This document shows, piece by piece, positions 1 through 11,231 of a DNA stretch of 64,000 nucleotides (within the stretch, counting starts at the first letter, position 1; every line of letters starts with the position of its first letter). The position numbers and the translations under genes are program-made. The notes beneath the pieces are model-generated. The model ran no database searches, was not told where the DNA came from, and was given only the letters and a program-made list of their open reading frames with translations. This DNA is from Chrysomallon squamiferum (lineage: Eukaryota > Animalia > Mollusca), in NCBI GenBank assembly GCA_012295275.1, contig CM022674.1, positions 3,968,001 through 4,032,000 on the forward strand. The letters run 5' to 3'.

Positions 1-273
1 AGAGAGAACGAGAGGAAAGAATTTTCCTGAAGTGACGTTTTGAAAACCAATAGGAACCTGGGGTATTCGGTAAAGAAAAACTCAATTTATACTTCATTTT
101 TATTTTCTTATTTTATTTATTTTCTAATTTCGAAAACATCATGGACAGTGACATCGAAACCGAAATTATCGAAATTGAACGAGATAGCAATTAGCATCAT
201 TCGCTGAAGTCAGAAAAAGATAAGAGTGACAAGTTTTCACCAGACAAATGCGTGCTCGTCTTTGAAGCTGAAA

Positions 274-652
274 TGAAAACTGATTTAACAAAGAGCGAGT
301 TAGATATCAAGTAAGAAAAGCTTATCCTGACGAATCTTAAAGACAAATAGAAACTGCTTGAAAGGTAAAAAGGATTACACTTTCCGTAGTACATACACTG
401 ACATTTGTATAAATGGTGAAAGGAAAACGACTGCATTCCGCCATGTCAATGACACGTTAAAGGTGAAAACTGATTTAACAAAGAGCGAGTTAGATATCAA
501 GTAACAAAAGCTTATCCTGACGAATCTTAAAGACAAATAGAAACTGCTTGAAAGGTAAAAAGATTACACTTTCCATAGTACATACACTGACATTTGTATA
601 AATGGTGAAAGGAAAACGACTGCATTCCGCCATGTCAATGACACGTTAAAGG
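274..652 (+). repeat. Tandem duplication of ~190 bp in the spacer upstream of tRNA-Gly
   Basis: 274-463 and 464-652 are near-identical (tgaaaactgatttaacaaagagcgag...gacacgttaaagg). The paralogous spacer at ~3900-4090 has only one copy. Confidence 0.9.
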
Positions 653-672
653 TGAGATACAATTTATGTGAA

Positions 673-743
673 GCATCGGTGGTCTAGTGGTAGAATACTC
701 GCCTGCCACGCGGGTGACCCGGGTTCAATTCCCGGTCGATGCA
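673..743 (+). tRNA. trnG-GCC: tRNA-Gly (GCC)
   Basis: 71-nt cloverleaf GCATCGG...CGATGCA; anticodon arm CTCGC-CT-GCC-AC-GCGGG; A and B boxes (GGTTCAATTCC); oligo-T terminator just downstream. Confidence 0.97.
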
Positions 744-1076
744 CATACGTTTCACTTTTTTTTCTTTTTGCATGAAATATGTAGGCTAAAATTGATTAAT
801 TACATTCAGATAAAATGTCTTTTAATCTATTACGAATATGCACTTCACTGATTGATAAGTTTTGATCTGATATTGATCAATCTATTGTAAATGTCGACGA
901 TATCACATACGAAGTGATACCAGGTTTCTTCTTTCATATCATGATTATACGAAAACATTCGGTTTCGTTAACTCAACAATATTGACTTCCCAAATTTCGT
1001 TCCATCTTTAATATAACATGAATAAATACATTTTGCTCTATTGATTCCAGTATGTTTACAACCTGCTATTGTTTAT

Positions 1077-1158
1077 GGTAGCGTGGCCGAGCGGTCTAAG
1101 GCGCTGGTTTAAGGCACCAGTCTCCTCGGAGGCGTGGGTTCGAATCCCACCGCTGCCA
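1077..1158 (+). tRNA. trnL-AAG: tRNA-Leu (AAG)
   Basis: 82 nt GGTAGCG...CGCTGCCA; anticodon arm CTGGT-TT-AAG-GC-ACCAG; long variable arm; B box GGTTCGAATCC. Confidence 0.97.
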
Positions 1159-1276
1159 AAGAGCTCGTGGGTGAGCTGATTAATTTTGCTTCGAAACGAA
1201 AGAATACGTCAGAACTGACATTTTTCAAAACGAATGGCAAGCTGGGGTACTCGGTTAAGAAAACATCAATTTAGGC

Positions 1277-3706
1277 CAGTGGTGGCCAAACTACGGCCCG
1301 CGGGCCGCATCCGGCCCCCAGTCCTGTTTCATCCGGCCCGCCAAACACCTTGCCTTGTTTTTTTCCAATCACCATATTTACCACTGTAAACAAGCAGTGC
1401 AACAGCGCTGGCTGCTACTAGCAGTATCTTGTGGCAAGCGTTGTTATTTTTAGAATAAATGCCCTTGCAGCGTTATTTTTAGAACAGTCTGCCAACCATG
1501 ACGTAAGTAGCTAACATAGCCTGTATGTGCTCTTTTTCACATCCCTTTGGCCTACTAGCCTACTTTGTAAGAAATCAGGAAGTTAATTGTTCCAGCTTTG
1601 ACTTTCAGTATTTTACTGAGCATGTAAGAGACAATACGCACATTGGATTTTCTTCTCAGAAGCAGCAATAATTTTATTTTTTTTTCTCTACCTTATCAGT
1701 TAAAATGTCTCCAACGAAAAAGAGAAAAGTAGATGATGAATGCCGAGTTTTTAAGGAGGAATGGACATACCAATATTTTTTCACTGCGGTAAATGGGAAA
1801 GCAGCGTGTTTAATTTGTAATGAGGGAATATCAGTTTTTAAAGAATATAATTTGAAAAGACACTATAATACAAAACACGCTGGATACAGTGAAGGACTAT
1901 CAACAGAGCAAAAGGTTAATAAAGCTGCTGATATGGTGAAAAATCTAATAAAGCAACAGTCGCTTTTTTCAAAGACACAATCCATTCACATTTCAGCAAC
2001 AGAAGCTAGTTTTTATATTAGTTACAAAATTGCACAATGCAAAAAACCTTTTTCTGATGGAGAATTTGTAAAAGACTGCATTGTGGATGCGGCACGCATA
2101 CTTTGTCCAGAAGCACAGAATACATTTGAGAATATTGCACTATCAAGGAATACAGTTATGAGAAGGTACAAGATATCAGCAAAGATTTGTCCCAACAGCT
2201 TCACACTGCTTGCACTGATTTCATGTGGTTTTCATTAGCTCTGGATGAAAGCAATGATGTTCAGGACATTGCACAACTCATGATATTTATACGTGGTATC
2301 AAGTCAGATTTTACAATTTCAGAGGAGTTGTTATCAGTTGAACCTTTAAAAGGCACAACTACGGGGAAGACCTGTGTAAATGTGTAATAAAGTGTGTGAG
2401 GAGGCTGGCCTGCCGTGGAATAAATTGGTGAGTATCACTACTGACGGTGCACCTGCTCTAACTGGAAAAAACAAAGGCATGATTAGCCTCCTACAAAAGA
2501 AGATTAAAGAAAACTGTCCTCAGCATGAAATATGGAAATTTCATTGTATCATTCATCAAGAAAGTTTATGCAAGTCAGCTCTGGATTTTAATCATGTGAT
2601 ACGTCCTGTAGTTGAAGTAGTTAATCTACTCAGATCCAGACCATTATCACACAGACAATTCAAGACATTACTGGATGATATTGAGACTGAATATAAAGAT
2701 GTGCTATATCACAATAGTGTTCGGTGGCTTAGTCATGGGAAAGTTCTAAGAAGAGTCTTTGAACTAAGAGACGAAATTCTCCTTTTCCTTGATATCAAAC
2801 AAATGAAATGTGATTTTATAGAGAAGATGAAAAATGATTACTGGCTTTGTGATTTTGTGTTTGCCACTGAAATGTTTGAAAAGCTCAATTCTCTAAATTT
2901 GGAATTGCAAGGAAAAGGATTATTTGTGCATGATATGTACACCAAAGTAAAAGCTTTTGAGGCAAAGCTCTCACTTTTTGCCAAACAGATATCAGAATGT
3001 AATTTTATTCATTTTTCTTTGCTAAGGAAGGCAACAGTAGATAGTAAACTTGCTGAAAAATACAGCAATCAACTCTGCATCTTGAAACAAGAATTCCAAA
3101 GAAGATTTTCAGACTTCAGAGTAATGGATTCATCATTTAATATACTTGTTTCACCCTTCAGTACAGAAATTGAGACAGCCCCTGATGTTCTTCAGCTGGA
3201 ACTAATAGATCTACAAGCTAATAATGAGCTGAAAATGAAGTTTAGGAATATGCCTTTGGTAGAATTTTTCAAATATTTGCCTGCTGAAAAGTTTATCAAT
3301 CTACGAGGTTTTGCTGCTAGGATGCTGTGTATATTTGGATCAACTTATATTTGTGAACAGACTTTTTCATGCTTAAATCAAACAAAGTCAAAAACAGATC
3401 AGTATTGTGAGATGCAAATTTACAAGCAATTATGAAAGTTTCGACAACTAGTTTTACTCCAGACTTTAAAAAGCTTGTTCAAAATTGTGGACAGTTGCAT
3501 TTATCTCATTGATATATAAACCTTTTATTAAATACAAGTGTAAACAAGATGGTGTTATTTATTGTTATTCTACTACAATAATATATATTTTAATAAAGAC
3601 GGCAACCAGTTACGACAAATTTTACGTAAATTTCATTTAATCCGGCCCTCCAGTGGCAAGAAAGTTGCAAATTTGGCCCTCTGGTAAAAAAGTTTGGCCA
3701 CCCCTG
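1277..3706 (+). mobile_element. hAT DNA transposon, Buster/Charlie (SPIN/OC1/MER58-like) type, full length
   Basis: 16-bp TIRs CAGTGGTGGCCAAACT (1277-1292) and AGTTTGGCCACCCCTG (3691-3706, one mismatch); perfect 8-bp TSD ATTTAGGC (1269-1276, 3707-3714) with the central TA of the Buster family; subterminal GGCCC repeats; internal transposase. Confidence 0.96.
1705..3512 (+). pseudogene. hAT transposase (GTF2IRD2/EPM2AIP1/ZBED-like), frameshifted in this assembly
   Basis: BED-like Zn finger (CLIC...RHYNTKH), ALDES, TTDGA, HCIIH, VRWLS and YICEQTFS motifs. Frame breaks at ~2165, ~2365-2390 and ~3390; in-frame TGA at 3408-3410; natural end ...QLHLSH* at 3510-3512. Confidence 0.9.
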
Positions 3707-4109
3707 ATTTAGGCTATATTTTCATATTTTTTAATTTATTTTTTATTTTCTAATTTCGAAAATATAATGGACAATGACATCGAAACCGAAATTAGCGAAA
3801 TTGAGCGACATAAAAATTAACATGAATCGCTGACGTTAGAAAAAGATAACAGTGACAAGTTATCAGAAGACAAACGCGTGCTCGTCTTTGAAGCTGAAAT
3901 GAAAACTGATTTAACAAAGAGCGAGTTAGATATCAAGTAACAAAAGCTTATCCTGACGAATCTTAAAGACAAATAGAAACTGCTTGAAAGGTAAAAAGGA
4001 TTACACTTTCCGTAGTACATACACTGACATTTGTATAAATGGTGAAAGGAAAACGACTGCATTCCGCCATGTCAATGACACGTTAAAGGTGAGATACAAT
4101 TTATGTGAA

Positions 4110-4180
4110 GCATCGGTGGTCTAGTGGTAGAATACTCGCCTGCCACGCGGGTGACCCGGGTTCAATTCCCGGTCGATGCA
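4110..4180 (+). tRNA. trnG-GCC: tRNA-Gly (GCC)
   Basis: Identical to 673-743, with the same upstream spacer and T-rich terminator. Confidence 0.97.
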
Positions 4181-4701
4181 CATACGTTTCACTTTTGTTT
4201 TTCTTTTGCATGAATATACTAAGAAATATGCAGTTGATATGTTTTCACGGAGAAAGTAATAATTTGTGACAGTTAGAGGCTTAACAACAATTGGATGACG
4301 TCATTAACCAGTCGTGCATATTGAAGTTGAGTTTTTGCGTCCTCGAATTTCCCAGTAACGGGCAAGTGCGCAGTGGATTGTGAAATACTTCTGTTCTATA
4401 AAACAACGCCCTATAATGGACATTAATATATGTCTTTATTTGTTTACTAAAATGTCACGTGACAATACACTCAATAAATATATAAACATATTCGTTTGTT
4501 AATCTAGCTTTTCTCAGTTAGGAAAACATCAATTTAGGCTATATTTTCATTTTTTTTTAATGATTTTTTATTTTCTAATTTCGAAAATATAATGGACAAT
4601 GACATCGAAACCGAAATTAGCGAAATTGAACGAGATAAAAATTAACATCAATCGCTGACGTCAGAAAAAGATAACAGTGACAAGTTATTAGAAGACAAAC
4701 G

Positions 4702-4761
4702 CACGCCTCCGAGGAGACTGGTGCCTTAAACCAGCGCCTTAGACCGCTCGGCCACGCTACC
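4702..4761 (-). pseudogene. 3'-truncated tRNA-Leu (AAG)
   Basis: Reverse complement gives the first 60 nt of tRNA-Leu(AAG); the T-loop/B box and 3' acceptor strand are missing and the break is fused to spacer repeat sequence. Confidence 0.9.
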
Positions 4762-5378
4762 AGAGACAACAGTTGTTGTGGAAATACTCGATCAGTATTA
4801 GCAAAACTGTTTGTTCATGTTTATATTAAAGATAGGATAAGTATTACAACATTGTTAAAGAACCCAAAGGTTTTGCTATAATTTTGATATGCTGTCTCCA
4901 CTGCAAGACCTGTCTTAACGTTTAGCAACAAATTGAAAATAATCTTCATAACTCCGTGTGCCAAAATAAAGTGAAAAAAAAAAAAAAATAATAATAAATA
5001 AAAATGAATTAATAAATAAAATAAATAAGTAAACAAATAAATAAAGCAGATATGGGTTTATGGTAAATAAAACTGGAACGGAATATAAATGTAATGAATG
5101 ATCTGATGATTCACAGTGATTAAGAATTGAATATGAATCAGTCATCTTTTAATATATGAATCATTACAATAAGAACAAAACAAAAATAAAGACAAACTAA
5201 CAATAAACTGCGATAACAACAACAAAAATAGCTACAAGTGCTTAAGAACTGAGCACCAATCAGTCATCTTTTAATATGCATGAATATATGAATCATTAGA
5301 ATAAAAAAAAGTATAAAGACACACTAACAATAACTGCGATAGCAGCAGCAACAACAACAACATATTTCGTTATTATTA

Positions 5379-5420
<42 letters not shown>

Positions 5421-5595
5421 AAGTGACAGATTTAAATAATCATTTCATCACTTCCTTGCTCACCACTGCTGTTTGAAAACCGGTGACAACCGCGATTCTA
5501 GATTCATCAAAACCAGATCAAAACATATCAACGTAATAGTCAAAATATGTTATTATTTAATTTCATGCAAAAAAGAAATAAAAGTGAAACGTATG

Positions 5596-5666
5596 TGCAT
5601 CGACCGGGAATTGAACCCGGGTCACCCGCGTGGCAGGCGAGTATTCTACCACTAGACCACCGATGC
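5596..5666 (-). tRNA. trnG-GCC: tRNA-Gly (GCC)
   Basis: Exact reverse complement of 673-743; a diverged copy of the upstream spacer follows at 5667-5920. Confidence 0.97.
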
Positions 5667-6556
5667 TTCACATAAATTGTATCTCACCTTTAACGTGTCA
5701 TTGACATGGCGGAATGCAGTCGTTTTCCTTTCACTATTTATACAAATGTCAGTGTATATACTACGGAGAGTTTAAAATCTTTTAGCGTTTAAACAGTTTC
5801 TATTTGTCTTTAACATTGCTCAGGTTAATCTCTTCTTGCTTGATATCTAACTTGCTCTTTGTTAAATCAGTTTTCATTTCAGCTTGAAAGACGAGCACGC
5901 ATTTGTCTGCTGATAACTTGACCACCGATGTTTCACATAAATTGTATCTGACCTTTAACGCATGATATTATTATGTTCATTAAGCAAGTTTACATTCTAT
6001 CTGATCGTCTCTGATGTATGCAGACATATGTAAAAATGATTCCAAAAATGTAATATTCTTCCTTTCAATCCTTAAAATATTTCAGTTGTCAAACTCGATT
6101 GTCTCAAATAATTCTGCTGTGTATGTTACGATTCGTAGTTACTTCGTAACTATTTGGTCCATTGCTATAAATGCATGAGTATAATGGTATCCTCCCAAAA
6201 GTTATATGGGTCAATAGTCATATGGGTAATCAATATAATTATACACCAGATCACTTACGTAATTATTCTGTAACCTGCCGACTTTTTTTTACTGTTGACC
6301 CCAACATTTATGATAACCGCGGATTCCTTCTGAAATCACGTTTTCTTCGTTGTTTCCTTTCTTAAATCAGTCACTCCAATACGTTTTTTTTTTTTTCAGA
6401 CTTATCTGATTTTTCTGCCCAAGATACTTTAACTAACACAATGTATTTCTTTCTTTAAAACTTTTTCAAAACGGAAGCTGAAGTGAATCTCGTTCACACC
6501 TGACTCTGTCCTAACCGGAAGTTCATATGTGATAAAGAAGTACAGAAGCGTAGATA

Positions 6557-6622
<66 letters not shown>

Positions 6623-6910
6623 CCCTTCAACTTCAGTTAAAAACTAGATTTTTTTCTTCCTGAGTTTTTTAACAGTAAATCAGTTAATGTTTATTATACG
6701 ATGTCTGAGAAAACAAGAATAGTTAATAACGTCATGCAATTGTTGTTACGTTATCTATCCGGTTTCTGACAATAGTAGTGTTGCAAATTATGACTTACTT
6801 TCTCAAAGATATCAACGTGGGAGAATGGAATGCGTATTTGTACCAAAGTTACGTTAATTCTAAGTATTTTATTTTCGCCTTAATTTCATTGGCATATTCA
6901 TACAAAAGAA

Positions 6911-7305
6911 AAAGAAAATGAAACGTATATGCATCGAATATAATGTAATGAATAATCTGATGATTCACAGTGTTTAAGAACTGAATACGTATCAGTCATC
7001 TTTTAATATGTGAATCATTTACAATAAAAACAAAACAAAAATAAAGACAAACTAACAATAAACTGCGATAAAAACAACAAAAATTGCTACAACTGGAAAA
7101 ATGCACATTAAGAAGAGCAGGGAAACAAATAAAATAAACATCGGAAAATCTATTTCTATACTTGACGATTTTCTGATATTTCATCTCTCATAAATGTTAT
7201 TAAATACTATAACTTTATAAGCCGCTGTTTCAGTTAATATCACTTCTGTCTAGCTGTGGAAAAACCTCGCTGCGTTGTATTTCTATTCTTATTTCTATTC
7301 TTCTT

Positions 7306-7336
<31 letters not shown>

Positions 7337-7432
7337 TTATTATTATTATATAAAAATAACAGAATTAAATAATCGTTTCATCACTTCCTCGCTCACCACT
7401 GCTGTTTGAAAACTGGTGACAATCGCGATTCC
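6911..7432 (+). repeat. Degenerate segmental copy of the 5080-5600 spacer with a remnant of the tRNA-Gly 3' end
   Basis: 6937-7095 matches ~5083-5237; ~7345-7432 matches ~5405-5500; 6911-6936 (aaatgaaacgtatatgcatcg) matches the tRNA-Gly 3' end and terminator at ~5581-5602. Confidence 0.75.
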
Positions 7433-7824
7433 AGACATATCACTTCACTACCACTGATAAGACGCCATTGGTGTCAGTCACGTGACCATGACCCCCCCGT
7501 TCCGTTTAAAACTAAATACTGCAACCGATATCTGCACCTGCTGACATCTTGTTATAACAAAACCACAACCACAACGACGACTACAGTGACAGCGGTGTTG
7601 TGTATTTAGAAATGAACTGCATCTTGCAGAACAACATGACATAACCGCACGAACTGGACGACATCAGCACGAGACCATTACGTAACATCCGCTCAGATGC
7701 GAATAAATAGAGATCATCAGACATTGTAGATCAAACTGGTTTCACTTCTGTAAACCAAAGGTAAGAGCTACAGACGTACAGACAAACGAACGTACAGAGA
7801 TAACTTATAACAAAATTATACAAA

Positions 7825-7875
7825 ATGAAGATAGCTGCTTTGATTTTGATTCTTTCCATTGGTGAGATCATTTGT

Positions 7876-7910
<35 letters not shown>

Positions 7911-8169
7911 TTTTTGAATTTACAATAACTAAGAAATCCTATTCAAGTAATAGATATATCAATGTGAGTGTGTTTTTTTGCTCGCACACACAAACATACT
8001 GGAAAATTAAAAGATACGGTAATAACAAATATCAAGAAAAAAATGAATATATATCTTACAAAAATAACGAAGAACGAAGCATATAATATTGCCCCATATT
8101 TTGACACATTAATCTTTCCTTGTTACTGATATAAATAATATTATTACAAATAAATAAATAAATAAATTA

Positions 8170-8202
<33 letters not shown>

Positions 8203-8284
8203 TTATTCAGGTTCTCTGTTGGGGTGTACGAGTGCGTGGGGACGTCGTGGTGGTCGTGGAAGACGTTGTGGAAGAAAGGGATAA
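7825..8284 (+). CDS. Small secreted Arg/Gly-rich cationic peptide precursor (36 aa), candidate antimicrobial peptide
   Basis: Exons 7825-7861 and 8211-8284 with a phase-1 intron GTGAGA...TTTTATTCAG. Translation MKIAALILILSIGSLLGCTSA|WGRRGGRGRRCGRKG*. A at -3 of the ATG; signal peptide with T-S-A cleavage site. Confidence 0.72.
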
Positions 8285-8483
8285 GATGTTTCCCAGATCT
8301 CTCAACGTTCTTGTTTTATAATACATTATGATAAAAGTTATTTGATTATTTTGTTTGTTTTTATTATTAGGTAATCTTATTTGTATGGTATGTTTGTGCG
8401 TATGCGTGTGTCTGTGGTTATATATAAATCTGCTGCATACCTTCTGTTTTTTGTTATCAAATAATAATAATGAAAAGAAATTA

Positions 8484-8565
8484 TGGCAGCGGTGGGATTC
8501 GAACCCACGCCTCCGAAGAGACTGGTGCCTAAAACCAGCGCCTTAGACCGCTCGGCCACGCTACC
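8484..8565 (-). tRNA. trnL-TAG: tRNA-Leu (TAG)
   Basis: 82-nt reverse complement; anticodon arm CTGGT-TT-TAG-GC-ACCAG; one C>T difference in the variable loop relative to the other copies. Confidence 0.97.
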
Positions 8566-8687
8566 TGTTAACACAAAACGATAATGGATGTAAATGGATG
8601 TGGATGGATGTTGGTCGTTAACAGTACCTGTGGGTTCCAGTGTCTGACTCTGAAAAAATAGTAACCGATTCCTTATCCTTAAACCAA

Positions 8688-8725
<38 letters not shown>

Positions 8726-8782
8726 GAAAGAAAGAAAGAAAGAAAAATAAACGAAAAGCTTACTTCTGATAAAAATAAACAA

Positions 8783-8827
<45 letters not shown>

Positions 8828-8992
8828 TCCTGTTATATTCAGTCCCTTGCACCTTTCCGATGACGTATTTTTTCTACAATTAGACAATGACGTTACGTTA
8901 TTATGTTCTTAGTCGTCATGGTAACCACCCTTTAGCTTTGAAGTTGTTGCCGTTAATGGTATTTTTATTTTTTTTTATTATTTTTTTTTTAT

Positions 8993-9040
<48 letters not shown>

Positions 9041-9971
9041 TTTTTTTTCACTGTCTAAAATTTAGGAATTATTATTTTGTACTGACAACCTTAGAAAAAC
9101 GCTGCATCAACTCGAGTGTCATAAAATCAGTGAAAATATCAAGCAAATTCTGTTCAGGCACTGTATTACAAAAACGACGCTATTCTGTAAAGAGATTACG
9201 GAAGTCCAACAGTCTGATAACATCCCTTAATTTAATTAACCAGCGTTTATTGTACGTCGGGTAACAGACAGAAATTCTGATAACGTGGTGCAAAAAGTCT
9301 ATAGTGGGCGTGGCCTTCGTTGGCATCCGATATGGTAGCATAGCGACATCTCGTGGATAGGATGTTCCATCAGATGGAGTTACTCAGCCGATAATTAGGT
9401 AATATTACTAATAATTAACATTAATTTGCATTAACATAATATGTCTATGATCATCGAAATTTATTTATTTTTTTTTTTTTTTTTTTTTTTTTTACGCTTG
9501 TATCAGTGAACATTAAATTAGGGCATAGCAACAGTAGATGTGTCAAGGGAAATAACTCTAATATAAAGCGGACATTTTTTTGCGGACAGCTGTTGTAAAT
9601 AGTTTTCTTCCTTATAATGCTTAACATTCATTTATTATAATTACCTGTCAGTTAACTGCACTCTCAAACAAGTTAGACATTAAACAAACCATTTTTATTT
9701 TATTTTTACAACTTCAACTGTTTATCGACCACTCAATACTAGTGTCAAACTCCCTCGTCAAACTAACTAGTCAAATTAACTGTATTTTTTAGATTGTTTA
9801 TTTATTTATTTATTTTTTTAGTTTCGAGTAAAATTCTCTTATGTTTTTATTATGAAGCACATGCAACATATATATAGGAAAATGCACACACATATATATA
9901 CTTATACATACATACATACATACATACATACATACATACATACATACATACATACATACATGCATGCATAT

Positions 9972-10002
<31 letters not shown>

Positions 10003-10418
10003 GAAATTATACATGTAAACACACACACAAACACTGATAAGTCAGGATCAACTATTTTGTTCACATATGCAAGCACAAACATAAACACAAGATGCCAATA
10101 ACATAATGCATTATTATTTCTAACAATTAACAGTAAAAAAATATGAGGAGTAATATCATTTATGCAACATTTATTTTACAATATGATTATATTATTAAAT
10201 TTATATGGATTGTAGTAAATAAATAAATAAATTAAATTATTATTACTACTACTATTATTATAATTATTATTATTATTATTATTTTATTTAACTTTTGTAA
10301 ATAACTGATTATGACTGATATTATTGTTGTTGTTGTTGTAATTATTATTACATTACTTTTACATTATTATTGTCACTGTTATTATTATTATAGTTATTGT
10401 TATTATTTGTTGTTATTG

Positions 10419-10456
<38 letters not shown>

Positions 10457-10466
10457 GTTATTATTA

Positions 10467-10513
<47 letters not shown>

Positions 10514-10555
10514 TTCCAGATATGGTAAATCATCCTCATCAATAAAACACTAAAG

Positions 10556-11162
10556 ATGAATAATTACATCACAGTGTTGATGTTGCTGATGTGTTGTTGT
10601 TCATGCAATAGTTTCAATGTTGCTGTCTACGAACATGCAGTCATACTACCTGAAACTCGGATTCATGTTGTAACAAAATCAGAAGCAATGGATTTGATGA
10701 AGAAAAATTTGAAAATATATCAAACTCAGGCCAAGAAAGCTAAAGAACAGGTAAAAAAAAAAGAATTTTTAAATTTAAAAAAAAAAAAGTTTTTAAAATA
10801 CCTCATTAACAATAGTTGCATCTGGATATGGAATGATAAAATAGGGTAATGATAAAATGATGATAATTAAGTAGCAGTGGTTGTAGTAGTGCTGGTAATG
10901 ATATTGGTGTCAGTTTTAATAATGGCAGAAATGGTAGTAGTGTTTAATATCAACATACTGTGTTTAGCAATAATATATATCCACCAAAATTGGCCACATA
11001 ACTGAACTGGATGTCTGAATTTTGCAATTATTATTATTATTATTATTTTTTTTTTTTTCCATCAAGGCTTGACATACACTTGAAATATAAAATGAACAAG
11101 AAAAAGTAAAAACTGAAATTATATTTATTCAGATGCAAAAATGTTTATGATGTAACAAATTT

Positions 11163-11231
<69 letters not shown>

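Noticed and set aside
197-436. 79-aa minus-strand ORF, repeated at 3817-4062
   Set aside because: Lies in the duplicated tRNA spacer; the other spacer copies do not keep the frame and there is no recognisable motif.
7761-7797. Strong-looking donor AAG|GTAAGA upstream of the peptide ATG as a 5' UTR intron
   Set aside because: The available acceptors would give an intron of about 40 nt or less, which is implausibly short; left out of the model.
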